Assembly (NCBI RefSeq): GCF_006345805.1
Contig: NW_021833226.1
Span: 1 to 64,000, forward strand
Source: Octopus sinensis
Lineage: Eukaryota
Length of the DNA: 64,000 nucleotides
Direction: 5' to 3'
A model generated the notes under the pieces. It had not been told where the DNA came from and ran no database searches. It worked only from the letters and a program-made list of their open reading frames with translations. Below are positions 37,525 through 52,227 of the stretch, in pieces. The translations under genes were made by a program, and so were the position numbers. Numbering within the stretch: the first letter of the stretch is position 1; each line of letters starts with the position of its first letter.

Positions 37525-39057
37525 ACCAGCAAAAACCAATGCATGGGTACATATACCCTGAGCTAAAAGTTAACAACCGCAGTGGCAGATGGAGTAACCT
37601 CTTCCGGGCCTGTGACAGATACACTACACTCCATCTAAACGGATATACCTTTGTTAATCAGGAACGGGAGTGTTTATGTCCCTGTAACTTGGCGGTTCGG
37701 CAAAAGAGATCGCTAGAGTAAGTATCAGGCTTTAAGTATTGGGGTCGATTCATTCGACTAAAATGTCTTCAAGATGAGGCATCATGGCCGCAGTTTAATG
37801 ACTGAAACAAGTAAAAGCTAAACGGTAAAGTATTACTAACTGAATTTGGTGGATGTAAATCAATTTGTTTTGTTCCTTAGGCTTGTTGTGCAAATCTATT
37901 GTTACCATAGCCCAGTGTGTTTACGATAAGAGAAGATGATAATTAATAGCGAAGAATCAAAAGCTGTAATTGTTGCATTCGTTGAAATTTGGGATTGGAT
38001 ATTCAGATTCACTGGTCAGCTAGTCTCGACAAGGTGCATGACTTTTGTTCACTGTACTTTGTGTTAAAACAACAAAAACACAACGACGACGACGACAACA
38101 ACAACAACAACAACAACAACTGATGTTGCTCTTTCGCTCGCTGTTTATAACGGAATGATGCTCCATATGTAGATTGTATTTTTAAGTGTGGAAGGAGTTA
38201 CAGTCTGATTCTTGAATGGCATTCGTGCATGACCATCAGAACAATCACTGTTATGGCTAGCATTGTAAATTTCAAATTTTGTTCGAATGTACAGAATAAT
38301 TTTCGGAATAATTGAAGCTACATCTATAGATTTAAAACAGTACGAGTTTCTGTCAAGCCTTATAGCAAGGTGAAAGCATAAGCTCTATACTAAAACTAAT
38401 GAAGTTATATATATATATATTATATATATATATTAGAAGAAATGAGGTAATCAGAAGATCGAATGGTTCATATTTATAGATATTTATTTATATATTACAT
38501 TTTTTACATATGTATATCATATCATTCAGATCATTAGCGCTTTCTCCCATTCTAGTGGGGTTTTCAAATCAAAATAATTCCTTTGTGGGGAATTTTAATA
38601 ATTTTATAGAGTGTGTGTGTGTGTGTGTGTATGTGCATGTTCTGTTATTCTTTTAATAGTTTCAGTAATGAGGCTGCGGTCACATGTATATATATATATA
38701 TATATATATAGTACACACACACATGCACGCACGCACACGCACACACGCATATACGCACACTCCCACACATACGTATATATATAATATTTTGCTCTTCCCA
38801 AACTTTCTAAAAGCGGTGCAGTGTCCGATCAATACATTACTGTTGGATCAAGACCGAGCACACAAATCAAATATTCGTTCTCTGTATCTTGCACGCACAC
38901 ATACGCATACATATACGTTTTATCACATTAAACAAGCTAAAATTGTACACAAACACTCAAAAAGTGCACAGAGAAAAAGGGTGAGATACATACACACACA
39001 TATATATATATATATATTGTGTGTGTATGTGTGTGTATGTGTGTGTATGTGTGTGTA

Positions 39058-39102
<45 letters not shown>

Positions 39103-41174
39103 TTGTGTGTGTGTATTGTTCGAGAGACGTGTACAGAATACTTCCATGTCTTCACTAAGAGACTTACATAGATAAATACCTTATTTAGAACTTGCTAGAA
39201 ATAACAGCTAATGCTCTATTGGATCATACTCTAGTACATTAGAAAACGGACTTATTGGTTGATATAAACCTTATTATACTGTGTAAGGGGAAATTGTACG
39301 CTCACTGCTAGAACATTTAATCAACCTAATATAATGTAGGGATTACATGGTCGCCCACGATACTAGATACAGCATCCTCTTAATTGTACTATCACTGAGA
39401 TAGCATTAATTTATTTTCAACGCATGTGTAGAGGGCAACCGAAGTCGTATCCACCCAAAAGACCCATTCATTATTTCACATGACATGATCTTCATTCGGA
39501 ATCGGTCATTTGCTGAAAACAGCGGTAAATTTACAATATTAATAAAATTATCTATCTTACTGTTATTTCCATAATTATCAATTAGCCTTCTATATATATG
39601 GTCTACTAATTCCATTCACTAATTTCGATTTATTTCGCTTAAATACTCAATTTCCTCTCTCTTCAGGCAACCAGTTTCGTTTCTATTACTGTTTTACATT
39701 TTCAAAAACAGAAATTGTCTAACAGTTTTCACTTCTCTCTTTCGATTGACCATTCTCTTTCTGTCAGATCAGCGTTAATTAATATGATTCTACTTTCCAG
39801 TTCCATTAATATTTCATTCAATTTTCAAAACAGCCTTACAAAGTATAACAACTGCGTTTTCGGTACCTTTCTTTGATGTTTTTCCGTGTTAACTCAAACC
39901 ATGGCACTTCATTTTATAAAGGTGATGTCAAGAGCAGAAGTATATTCTTTTTCTTCAATAAAAATATTTTATTTACCAATGCTGAAAGCATTCATTATCT
40001 GGATCACAATCCCCACAGAAAAATACAGCAACGAAGAGACATCAAAGATTGACCACTCTTCAACTAAAACATTTACGAAGCAAATTCTTAGACCTGTGTG
40101 TGCGCGCGAGTGTGTGTGTGAGTGATGAAGTAGGCCGTGTGTGACAGAAGATATGAGAAACGGTATTGTGTGCGAGTTGAGGATGCCGATCCCACAGCAG
40201 AAGCTGATGGTAGAAAACAGACTCAACGAAAAATGCTCAAGACACCATTTTCTTTTTCATTGCAAGAAGGTGCTCAGACGATCTCTTCACGAAATTGTCG
40301 ATGGCGACAAATTGTAAGACAGTTGGGAAAACTACTACGTTACTACGATTGCATGACCTGCAAAAATGATATGCCTACAATAGTGGTGTGCTAGTACCAA
40401 TATTTTGCTAGTACCAACATTTTGCTAGTATCAACATGTTGTTGTTGTTGTTGTTTTAACACAGATGTACCTCCAATTGAAATACTAGAGTGTGTAAAAT
40501 GCCTTAAAGTGAATGTGTTTATGAGAGACAATAATATTTAACAGCAATGAGGAATTGGTCACCTGAGTAATAATAAGAAATGCGTGGAAAGTAGAATGAA
40601 TAAGTCGCTGTTTTGGAGTTAATATATATTTGTTGTTAAAAGCTTGTATTGGACACGAAGGTTCAAGGAGGAATGACAGGGTAACGACAGAAAGTTCTTT
40701 TCATGAATTCGGGTTGGACAGGTTGTGTGGTTATGTGTAGATGGGGGAAATACATAGGGAGAAGGAAGGAGAGGCTGAGCAAATGAATGCGAGTGTCCCC
40801 TGCTATACTGTAATTTTCAAGTTAATGGCAATTTCGGACGTTTGTGTTGCTTACTCTTCGTGTTGACAAGTCTGGTTATCGAACAACCGTTATTGTACTT
40901 AAAAACAGAATATGAGAGAGTACCGAAGTTCGTCTCAGCAGCGAGAGCGTTTCTCGTTCGAGCATGTGGCTGGCTGCAAATATCCACCAGTGGAAAGGCC
41001 CCAAAAGGCCGAAATGCATCTGGCGCTCCCGCTGGCTGCTGCTGGGAAGAATTTTCGCCTCTCTCTCTCTCTTTGATATTTTTGTGGTCTTAACACAGCA
41101 AGTTTAAAAGACATATTATCTTCAGACAAATCGATAATTTGTTTACATTAAGTAATCTATATGGATGGCTATCA

Positions 41175-42017
41175 ATACATACATACATACATGCATACAT
41201 GCATGCATACATACATACATGCATGCATACATACATACATACGTACATACATACATACATGCATACATGCATGCATACATACATACATGCATGCATACAT
41301 ACATACATACATACAAACATACATACACACATACATATATACATACATACATACATACATACACACATACATACATACATACATACATACATACATACAT
41401 ACATACATACATACACACATACATACATACATACATACATACATACATACATACACACACACATACATACATACATACATACATACATACATACATACAT
41501 GCATGCATACATACATACATACATACACACACACATACATACATACATACATACATACATACATACATACATACATACATACATACACACACACATACAT
41601 ACATACATACATACATACATGCATGCATACATACATACATACAAACATACATACATACATACATACATACATACATACACACACACATACATACATACAT
41701 ACATTCATACATACATACATACATACATTCATACATACATACATACACACACACATACATACATACATACATACACACATACATACATGCATGCATACAT
41801 ACATACATACATACATACGTACATACATACACACATACATACATCATACATACATACATACATACATACATACATACATACATACATACATACATGCATG
41901 AATACATACATACATACATACATACATACATAATACACACATACATACATCATACATACAACATACATACATACATACATACATACACATACACACCATA
42001 CATACATACATCATACA

Positions 42018-42049
<32 letters not shown>

Positions 42050-43535
42050 CCATACATATACATACATACATACATACATACATACATGCATGCATACATA
42101 CATACATACATACATACACACAACATACATACATACTACATACATACATGCATGCATACATACATACATACAAACCATACATACATACATACATACATAC
42201 ATACATACATACATACACACACATACATACATACATCATACATACATACATACATGCATGCATACATACATGCATACATACATACACACACACATACATA
42301 CATACATACATACATACATGCATGCATACATACATACATACAAACATACATACATACATACATACATACATACATACATACACACACATACATACATACA
42401 TCATACATACATACATACATGCATGCATACATACATACATACATACATACACACACACATACATACATACATACATACATACATGCATGCATACATACAT
42501 ACATACAAACATACATACATACATACATACATACATACATACATACACACACATACATACATACATCATACATACATACATACATGCATACATACATGCA
42601 TGCATACATACATACATACATGCATGCATACATACTTACATACATACATACATACATACATACAAACATACATACATACACCATACAACATACTACATAC
42701 ATACATACATACATATACATACACATACAACATACATGCATGCATACATACATAACATACATACATTAAATACATACACACATACATACATCATACATAA
42801 TACATACATACATACATACATACATACATACATACATACTAAACACACACATACATACATACATCATACATACATACATACATACATAATACATATACAC
42901 ATACATACATACCTACATACATACATACATACATACATGCATGCATACATACATACATACATACATACAGCATGCATACATACATACATACATACATACA
43001 TACATGCATGCATACATACATACATACATACATACACACATACATACATACAATACATACATACATACACACACATACATACATACACACATACATACAT
43101 ACACACATACATACATGCATGCATACATGCATACATACATACATGCGTACATACATACATGCATGCATACATACATGCATGCATACATACATACATACAT
43201 ACATACATACACACATACATACATGCATACATACATACATACATACATACATACACACATATATACATGCATGCATACATACATACATGCGTACATACAT
43301 ACATGCATGCATACATACATACATACATATATACATACATACATACATACATACATACATACATGCATGCATGCATACATACATACATACATACATACAC
43401 ACATACATACATACACACATACATACATGCATACATACATACATACATACATACATACATACATGCATACATATATACGTACACACATACATATACTTAC
43501 ATACATACATATACATACATATATATATACACATA
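41175..43535. repeat. ~2.4-kb (TACA)n array with TGCA/CACA variants
   Basis: Direct reading. Confidence 0.97.
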
Positions 43536-43659
43536 TAAATAACAACACTATACATCTCACACAACCTCAAAGATATTGAAGCACACACACATACTACACA
43601 CATATCACCAGTATCAATATCCCCATTACTCCATTGTGATAGGAGACCTATACGGGATC

Positions 43660-43830
43660 ATTCATGTACTAGAAACAGCAGCCAAATTTCCTCAACTTAC
43701 ACCTTATCCCTTAAAATAAGACCCATTGATCAGTTCAGTCCTAGGCATTATAAGATATTGGATGGTCGTGGCTGGAATACCTTTGCTTATAGTTGCATTC
43801 AAGCAGTAGCGACCTGAGGTTAAAGAATTA
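43660..43830 (+). mobile_element. Ancient dispersed repeat (CTAGAAAyAGCAGCCAAATyTCC...GGCTGGAATrCCTTTG)
   Basis: Similar degenerate motifs at about 24775 (minus), 28080, 29735, 30945, 39190 and 50670; class unknown. Confidence 0.5.
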
Positions 43831-44683
43831 CAGCAAAACCAGAATCACCATCAACAGAAATATAGAAAATGGAGTGGATGGTTGAGAGAATACAACATAC
43901 CCGGGGTGTTAGGTTGTACCACATGTAATAAACTGTAGCATGTCAGTGTGCATCTGCTGTTAGAAGGGATGACGTTAGCTGCATTATTACAGTTCATTCG
44001 ATAAACTACTGCACTCATTGGATTGCACAATGTGGTGCTTCGCGAGGCGGAAACAACGGGTTTGTAGATCGCATCAAGTGGTTCGACTGACTATCGTTCG
44101 TTTTATTACATCTGTTTAATCACAGGTGAGCTAGCACTAAAACAGCAATGTAAGAAAAAAAGAAAAACAGAATAAAAGAGAAGAGATTATCTGAGCAAGA
44201 GACACTTTGTTGTAGAGTAGTAAGTTAGATAGAAAACATTGAACGAAGAAGGGGAAACTTAGTAATTGTTGGATGAAAGAAAGGTAACAAATGTCAGTTA
44301 GAACAGACAGGATGAGAAGAGCGAGAAGAGCTTCCAGTAAAATGTCAACTATTAGATAAAAGAGACTTAACACGAGAATTGTGAATCAGATTAAAGAGAC
44401 TTATACAGAAGAAGATCAGAGTCAACAAAGAGATGAAAACGAAATGATTTATAATTGTTCATATTGCATTATGAGAGAATGTATTGAAGTAAGAGATTAC
44501 TCTGGGGCAACAAACGAAAGCCAAAGCGTTGACACGGAGCCAAAGAAAGTTCGATATACCGAGGTGGTGCCAAAATGATGTTTGGAAAACCGAAGCGAAG
44601 GAAGATGTAACTCGAGTCAATTACATAAGAACAAACACCAAAGCAGTTGACACGGAGTCAGACTTAGAAAGCATTGAGGTATT

Positions 44684-45098
44684 GAGCTGGCAGAAACGTT
44701 AGCGCGCCGGACGAAATGCTTAGCGGTATTTCGTCTGCCATTACGTTCTGAGTTCAAATTCCGCCGAGGTCGACTTTGCATTTCATCCTTTCGGGGTCGA
44801 TAAATTAAGTACCAGTTACGCATTGGGGTTGATGTAATCGACTTAATACCTATCTATGTCTGTCCTTGTTTGTCCCCTCTATGTTTAGCCCCTTGTGGGC
44901 AGTAAAGAAATGGGTATTTCGTCTGCCATTACGTTCTGAGTTCAAATTCCGCCGAGGTCGACTTTGCCTTTCATCCTTTCGGGGTCGATAAATTAAGTAC
45001 CAGTTACGCACTAGGGTCGATATGATCGACTTAATCCCTTTGTCTGTCCTTGTTCGTCCTCTCTGTGTTTAGCCCCTTGTGGGTAGTAAAGAAATAGG
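44684..45098 (+). mobile_element. S2 SINE dimer inside one TSD
   Basis: Junction at 44913; AGGTATTGAGCTGG repeated at 44677-44690 and 45096-45109. Confidence 0.92.
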
Positions 45099-45412
45099 TA
45101 TTGAGCTGGGACCAATGGGAAGGTTAGAGGCCTTGGGGTTAAAAATTTATATAGTAGATAGAGTTAGAAGCAGAGGAAATCCTTATCCGCTGTAAACTAT
45201 CGTTTAATTTTTGCTCGTAATGGTGGCAGAGTAGAAGTAGCGACTGTAAAACCGATAGTGTAAACTAAAGCTGCTTGTAGTGAAGTATATGTAACAACAG
45301 CATTTATTTAGTCGGGAAATATTATAGAAGGGAACTACTTTTGGCGTAGGGATAACAATAACGTTAAACAATCAGGTCTATCTATCAAGGAATGAACGAA
45401 TCTGCCGATCTG

Positions 45413-45457
<45 letters not shown>

Positions 45458-45486
45458 TTTCTTTCTTTCTTTCAGCTTTCTTTCTT

Positions 45487-45524
<38 letters not shown>

Positions 45525-46329
45525 AGTACTACCCGCCCCCTCTCCCATTCTCTGTCCCTTTCTCTCCCCTTGTCTGTTTGTGTCTGTCTGTTTCTCTCTC
45601 TCTCTCTCTTTCTACACACCCACACACACATATATATAGTATAAACATACATACACTCGCAACACACACATATGCATATATACACGCATACACACACACA
45701 TATATATATATAGACATACACGCTCAAACATACGCACCCACACATAGACACAGACATGTACAAACTCATTGTGAGAAAGAGAGAGAGGGAGAGAGAGAGA
45801 AAGAGAGAGAGACAGAGAGAGAGAGAGAAATAGGGTTTACTATGTGTAAAAACCTCAAAGCAAAAGAGAACTCAACGGATTTATATAAGAAAAAAAAATT
45901 ACTGTGGGAATTAACAGGTTCAATGATTGACGGTAACTCGTGGTTTCATCTCGGATGGGAATCTGGAATCTTCAGACAAGTGAAAAGCTGAGAAATGGAC
46001 ATTGAGATGTTGCATTCGTAGTTGGTAGGTTTGACCCGGAGGTGTTTGGATATGATGTAGGTGGGTTGCTTATGTTAGTTTGCTTTGATCTGTTAATGCA
46101 GGTTATTTATCTATATGTGGTCTATTCGTAGGTTTTTCATTCCACAGATAAACCTCCCCCATTTCTTGGGAACTTTTTGTACTATTTCGACATTTTTTTG
46201 CATATATTTCCAACGATTTCGATCCATTTTGATCGTTGTCCCTTTTTTTTTCTTTTTCTTTTTTCTCCCCCCTCGAAAAGAAAAACTCTACATTGTAACA
46301 GTCCCCTCTGTGTTTAGCAGAAATTATCA

Positions 46330-46495
46330 GGAGCAGGAGTGGCTGTGTGGTAAGTAGCTTGCTAACCAACCACATGGTTCCGGGTTCAGTCCCACTGCGT
46401 GGCAACTTGGGCATGTGTCTTCTGCTATAGCCCCGGGCCGACCAATGCCTTGTGAGTGGATATGGTAGACGGAAACTGAAAGAAGCCTGTCGTAC

Positions 46496-46538
<43 letters not shown>

Positions 46539-46776
46539 GTATGTGTGTGTATATGTTTGTGTGTCTGTGTTTGTCTCCCTAGCATTGCTTGACAACCGAT
46601 GCTGGCGTGTTTACGTCCCCGTTACTTAGCGGTTAGGCCAAAGAGACCGATAGAATAAGTACTGGGCTTACAAAAGAATAAGTCCCGGGGTCGATTTGCT
46701 CGACTAAAGGCGGTGCTCCAGCATGGCCGCAGTCAATTGACTGAAACAAGTAAAAGAGTAAAGAGTAAAAAAGAGT
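46330..46776 (+). mobile_element. S1 SINE
   Basis: Complete two-module copy. Confidence 0.9.
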
Positions 46777-47098
46777 ATGTGTATGAGTTTGTATGTGTGT
46801 GTAAGGCGGTTGCGGTGGTTTGGTATGTGTAACTTAGTTTGCAAAATAGAGCTTTTGGTTTTTTTTGCTCATAAAAGAGTTAGATCTGGATGAATTTGAT
46901 TTATCTGTACAATTTTTTGGCAGATAGCTAAGACTGGTAAACTTAGATATTAATAGGAAGAAGACAAATATCTATTTTAGGAGATCGAATTTAAAATGTG
47001 GCAGAATAGAAAGTTTCAGCTCACATTGTATGACATAGTAATACCCTATGAATGTATGCAGGCATGCGTGCATCTATCTATCTATCTATCTATCTATC

Positions 47099-47161
<63 letters not shown>

Positions 47162-47212
47162 GTCTATCTGTCTGTTTATCTGTCTGTCTGTCTGTCTGTC
47201 TGTCAATCTATA

Positions 47213-47670
47213 GGTGCTACTTTGGCTTGTGATCTACTTTAGGTTACTTTTAAAATTATTTTATACATACTTAGCATTGTAAACATATTTTTTTCAAAAT
47301 TCTTACTAATTTAATAATAAAAACACCATAAAATAATTAAAATAAGCGCGTTGATCACTTAGTAAATTAAACTTGCTCAGGTAGATCACACGGAAAGTAG
47401 CACTAACACAAAGTATACTAAAAAGTAACCTAGAGTAATCTCCCTTTAAATTGTAGATCACACGCCAAACAAAGTGAATTTAGTTCTGGTTTCTCGTAAA
47501 AAAGCAACTGCCTTCCGGTTTATCGTAAAAATGCAACTACTTTCGTCTGGTCGCTGATCACATTGTAAAACATCTTTATCCAGCATCTTACGGGTATTTA
47601 GAAATTGAAAAGTAAACTAAAAAGTAACCTGAAGTAATCTCCCTTGTAGATCCCACGCCAAAGCAGCACC
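47213..47670. mobile_element. MITE with GG...CC termini (family M3)
   Basis: GGTGCTACTTTGGCTTGTGATCTAC versus GTAGATCCCACGCCAAAGCAGCACC; an internal copy of the right subterminal sequence at about 47418-47470; no clear TSD. Confidence 0.6.
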
Positions 47671-49479
47671 GATCCTCTTCATATACGTGATAATGAGGGT
47701 AAGTGTAAGATATGTTTAAATTTATCGGAGCGAAGTCGTGTAGATTTTGTGTGCCCGCAATATAAATTTAACTCTTTCTAATTGTATGTGTGTGTGTGTG
47801 TGTGTGTGATTGAAAATATTGTGCGAAGGGAACAGAAGTTAGAATAATGGTTTGTAGCACATCGTCGTTTGTTTGTGACACTTATGTTCCAAACGTTGTT
47901 AGTTAACCTGTTATCTGATATTTTGTTGGGATTTTTTTAATTCGTATATTGGTCAATATACGAATTCATTCCATGTAAAGGCCTTTGTCTGAAGTATATC
48001 TGTCGCAGACAGTAACTATTATTCTAACCCCTGTAATTTTTGTTTTTGCTTTCTGGTCATCAAAATCCCACCCTTATCCGAAATAAAAATGGAAACAGAC
48101 CGTCGACGTCATAGCTACCGACATTAGTGTCTCTTAACATTTATATATTCTTCTGCCTATAAAAACTAATTTGACAGAAATGATTGAAGAATATACACAA
48201 CTTAAAAACAATGTACAATTGTAGTTTGAAGAGAATTTTTCCATATTTTCGAAACTATTTTTAGACAGCAGATCATTTGTAACAAGATTTGGAAAAATAC
48301 CAAATACTATTACAGAAAAAGTTATTGATGATATTGCTGGAGACAATATGGAAATATGTATTGGACTACTAATATGGTAACACGTACTGAATATTAATAT
48401 CTTGATGTATACAATTGCTATCAATGTGAAGCATCTCCAAGGAGATATTTGTTGTACGAGTGGCAATGAAATAATTCAATGCACAGGTAGGTAATATAAC
48501 TAGAGGTAAATATCAGGAACCTGTACCACATAGTCGGGCATTTTTGATAATATTTTAAAATGTAAGGTGAACAATAAGTTCACCTTATACTAACTACATC
48601 TAATAAGAAAGTCATCGAAAATATATGCGAATTAATTGCTTCGAACTCACGAGGAGAAATTAATAGCTTTAAAGCAAGGATTCTGAGCTTAGACGGGGTA
48701 ATTCCGTTGCTAAAAGGGACCTTTTATCAACGAACTATTACGAAGCACATGTTAGCTTCTAATTCACGCTCTATATATGGGAAGATGAAAAGTGCGCCAT
48801 TACTGTAAAGAGAGTTTCTTCCCAGGACGGTTTTAAAATAATTTTGGTATAAAATCTGGAATGAAAAGGATTTCAGTCAGAATGTTTCATGGCCGAGTGC
48901 ATCGAAGAAAGGTTTTTGTAGTAATAACAACAGTAAAACTACTGGGGCACTATCAACACTGAAACGTTTCTGAATGCCATGTGAAGTGCTGTATAATGGA
49001 AAGGCATCAAGATAAGACATATTAATTGGAGACTGGTACAAAATGATGACCCGCAGAAAATATATATTTATATATGGCAGATCAGATTGATATAACAACT
49101 TGACTGTCACAGCTCGGATAGGTCTTGTAGCAAAGGAATATTCCAAGGAATTAATCTTTTCTGTGCTTTCATTTATTTTGGCGCTAAATCCCCCGTAGTA
49201 TCTTTTACACAATTCTAGTTGTTATACAGTAAGATGCACAACAGTATGTACAGGGTGTGTGGGTGGGGTGGGTTAAGTTTTGTTGTTACTTTTATTTGTT
49301 TTTGTTTTCATGGCATACAATCCATTTAAGCTTGTCGTTTACGTTTGTCATTACACAGCAACATAATGACAATCTGTAAGCTTCCATAGAACATTTATAC
49401 CTGCAACGTACAAATATATACCTTTAAAAAAGAGTGAGAAAATTACGTACGAAATAAAAAAAAGTAATACAAAAATAAT

Positions 49480-49636
49480 AGGAGTGGCTGTGTGGTAAGA
49501 AGCTTGCTAAACAACCACATGGTTCTGGGTTCAGTCCCACTGCGTGGCATCTTGGGCAAGTGTCTTCTGCTATAGCCCCGGGCCGACCAATGCCTTGTGA
49601 GTGGATTTGATAGACGGAAACTGAAAGAAGCCTGTC

Positions 49637-49706
<70 letters not shown>

Positions 49707-49922
49707 TTGTGTGTCTGTGTTTGTCCCCCTAGCATTGCTTGACAACCGATGCTGGTGTGTTTACGTCCCCGTCACTTAGCGGTTCGGCAAAGCAGCCTGA
49801 TAGAATAAGTACTGGGCTTACAAAGAATAAGTCCCGGGGACGATTTGCTCGACTAAAAAGGCGGTGCTCCAGCATGGCCGCAGTCAAATGACTGAAACAA
49901 GTAAAAGAGAAAAGAGAAAGAG
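49480..49922 (+). mobile_element. S1 SINE
   Basis: Complete two-module copy. Confidence 0.9.
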
Positions 49923-50839
49923 TTCAAATTATTTTGAGACAGAAATCTTCATTAGATTCTTTATATTTCAATGTTCTTCTCTCTTTTCTCTCCTTCTTTC
50001 GTCTTTACTCTATTTTTCTCCCACACATTCTCTTAAATTCTCTGGAGATAATAGCTGATCTTCGTTTCGTGGATTTGGCGGTATAATATTCTGTAGTCAT
50101 CCTATCTTTGTTCGCAACACCGATATATGATGCCATGTTCATCCATACTTAGTTATTTGTGTACTTGGAATGTAATGTTATAGCAGCAAAGACAGAGTAA
50201 CTATTGGTACAATGATTTTGTATTTGCCATGTAGGTTTTTTTCATTGTTCAGCTATCAAGTACGCAAAATTTATGCCGCCAGCGTTCATCTCTGTATTTC
50301 TGTCTCTACAGATTTTAAGCCAACAGTGTGTGCGTAGAGAGAGAGGAGGAGGAGAGAGAGAGAGAAAGGGAAGGAGATAGATAGATAGATAGATGGAAAG
50401 AGAGAGAGATGGGTGGTGGTGGTGGTGGAAGAGAGACGAAGTATTGCTTATAAGTCCACTACTAGTAACTGGATAAAAGTCCACTACTAGTGAACTGGAT
50501 AAAAAGGAATACTGGTGGAACACTCTAATCAAATGTTCCAATCATCGTCAACTCGTCTGGTCGAATAAAATCGTTTGGGAGAGAAAGAAAAATTATAAAC
50601 GATTTGAAATAGTAAAAGCAAAATTATTTACTATTTGAAATAATAAGGGAACCTTTACGTAGCCATACGACTTGCTAGAAATGACAACCAAATCTCCGTC
50701 AAATCTCATTCAATTGTCTTTGGAAAAGATACACAGGTTAATGTATTTCATATATAAGAACAAGCTGGTTTGGCCATGGATGGAAAGCCCTTCATAATAG
50801 GTCTGTTTCATCAAGTCTAAACAATAATAATACTTTTTT

Positions 50840-51059
50840 GCTCTTTTATAAGTTTCATATATTTAACTGCGGCGGTAATGGAGTACCGCTTTGTGGGTTT
50901 AGTCAAACAAATCGATCCAGGTGCAATTTTTAAGTACAGTACTTTTTTTATTAGTTTCTTGTGCTAAAAGTTAAGTTACAAGAAAGCAACACCTTTTGTC
51001 AAACGGTAGGGAGACAAACATAAACACACACACACACGCACGCACGCACACACAACACA

Positions 51060-51102
<43 letters not shown>

Positions 51103-51240
51103 CAAACATGCTTCCACACGGTTTCCGCCTACCAAATTCATTCATAAGGCACTGGTCGACTCAGTATTTACAGTAGAAGACACTTATCCCTCAGTGCAAC
51201 CAAACCTAAAACAATGTGGTTGCGAACCGAACTTCAGAAG
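50840..51240 (-). mobile_element. Degenerate S1 SINE
   Basis: Diverged modules around a CA tract. Confidence 0.6.
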
Positions 51241-52005
51241 TCAGCTGTTCAGCGAATATAAACGCTAGTTCTTTATCCGTCGCTATGTTGCCGGGAAAAC
51301 CATTTCTCAAAGATACACATACCTTCATTAGTTGTTTAAAGGGAAAGTATATCTTAAAGACTGTGCTGCGTTGTCTCTATGTTGAATGACGCAGAAACGC
51401 GCGCATGCGCACAGACACAGACACACGCACATACAAACACACACATACACACACACATACAACCAAAAATATATTTATATGTATTATACGAGAGGGTACT
51501 GAAAAGAATTAACCTTTAAATAAGAGTCTTGCTTCCACTAGCAAAAGCTATATGTATCTTTAAGAAAGCTCCATACCAATTTAACTTTATGCAGCATTGG
51601 CTGTTAGTTTATGCGCAGGCTGTATGGGAAGACAGAATAAAGGGGCTTTTGTTAGCTTATCTCTTCGAAAAAATGGCACCCTTTGTTGTTGAAAAAAATA
51701 AACCCGCAGAGGGGACGTTTCAATGCCTTCCTTCAATCTCATTACACCATTTATGTGGCTGTTTCTGACAAGAAATTTCGCTTTCATGTAAAACAACTAT
51801 AATTTGTTGTCATTATCCGTAATCTCCTCCCAAAACACTTCAGTAGATCTACTTTGCATCGCTTGCAAGCTTAATTGTTCTATGACCATTAAAGTGCAAC
51901 GACCTCCACAATAATCAACCTTCAATTTGATTTTCTGCTCCTAGGTTAGTCGGAAACATAGATTGCCGTGCTATTCATAAACCTTCTCGGTAGTCCAATT
52001 ATTTG

Positions 52006-52227
52006 AAGGCGGCGAGCTGGCAGAATCGTTAGCACGTCAGGCGAAATGCTTAATGGTATTTCGTCTGAGTTCAAATTCCGCCGACGTCGACTTTGGCTTT
52101 CTTCCTTTCGGGGTCGATTAAATAAGTACCAGTTACGCACTGGGGTCGATATAATCGACTTAATCCGTTTGTCTGTCCTTGTTTGTTCCCTCTGTGTTTA
52201 ACCCCTTGTGGGTAGTAAAGAAATAGG
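52006..52227 (+). mobile_element. S2 SINE monomer
   Basis: TSD GGTAGT(C/T)CAATTATTTG at 51989-52005 and 52226-52242. Confidence 0.92.

Larger units (their letters stand above)
36225..37630 (+). pseudogene. Degenerate R4/Dong-clade RT and thumb region with two nested insertions
   Basis: Reads QLDLVTTFLRDMGMKCGRDKC, GENYKYF, IWNSRLFAFNKTISHNAFAVP, DWT, INRD|TDR.CVKRKDGGTGI and YQQ|KPMHGY, matching R4-clade motifs (FSxDIGMxFGLDKC, YKYLG, DRLYxxRxxGGRGL, KxLHG). Confidence 0.75.

Noticed and set aside
39976-40093. Possible hydrophobic minus-strand exon (LRICFVNVLVEEWSIF...)
   Set aside because: The acceptor lies in a CA repeat with no polypyrimidine tract, and no homology is recognised.
41090-43603. 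Long ORFs up to 534 aa (YIHT/MYVC repeats), also at 4100-4719 and 25909-26723
   Set aside because: Stop-free translations of TACA or TG microsatellites, open in several frames on both strands.
48877-49212. ORF with GGFSAKI, resembling the LINE endonuclease motif GDFNAKI
   Set aside because: One weak motif only; possibly a very old LINE but unsupported.
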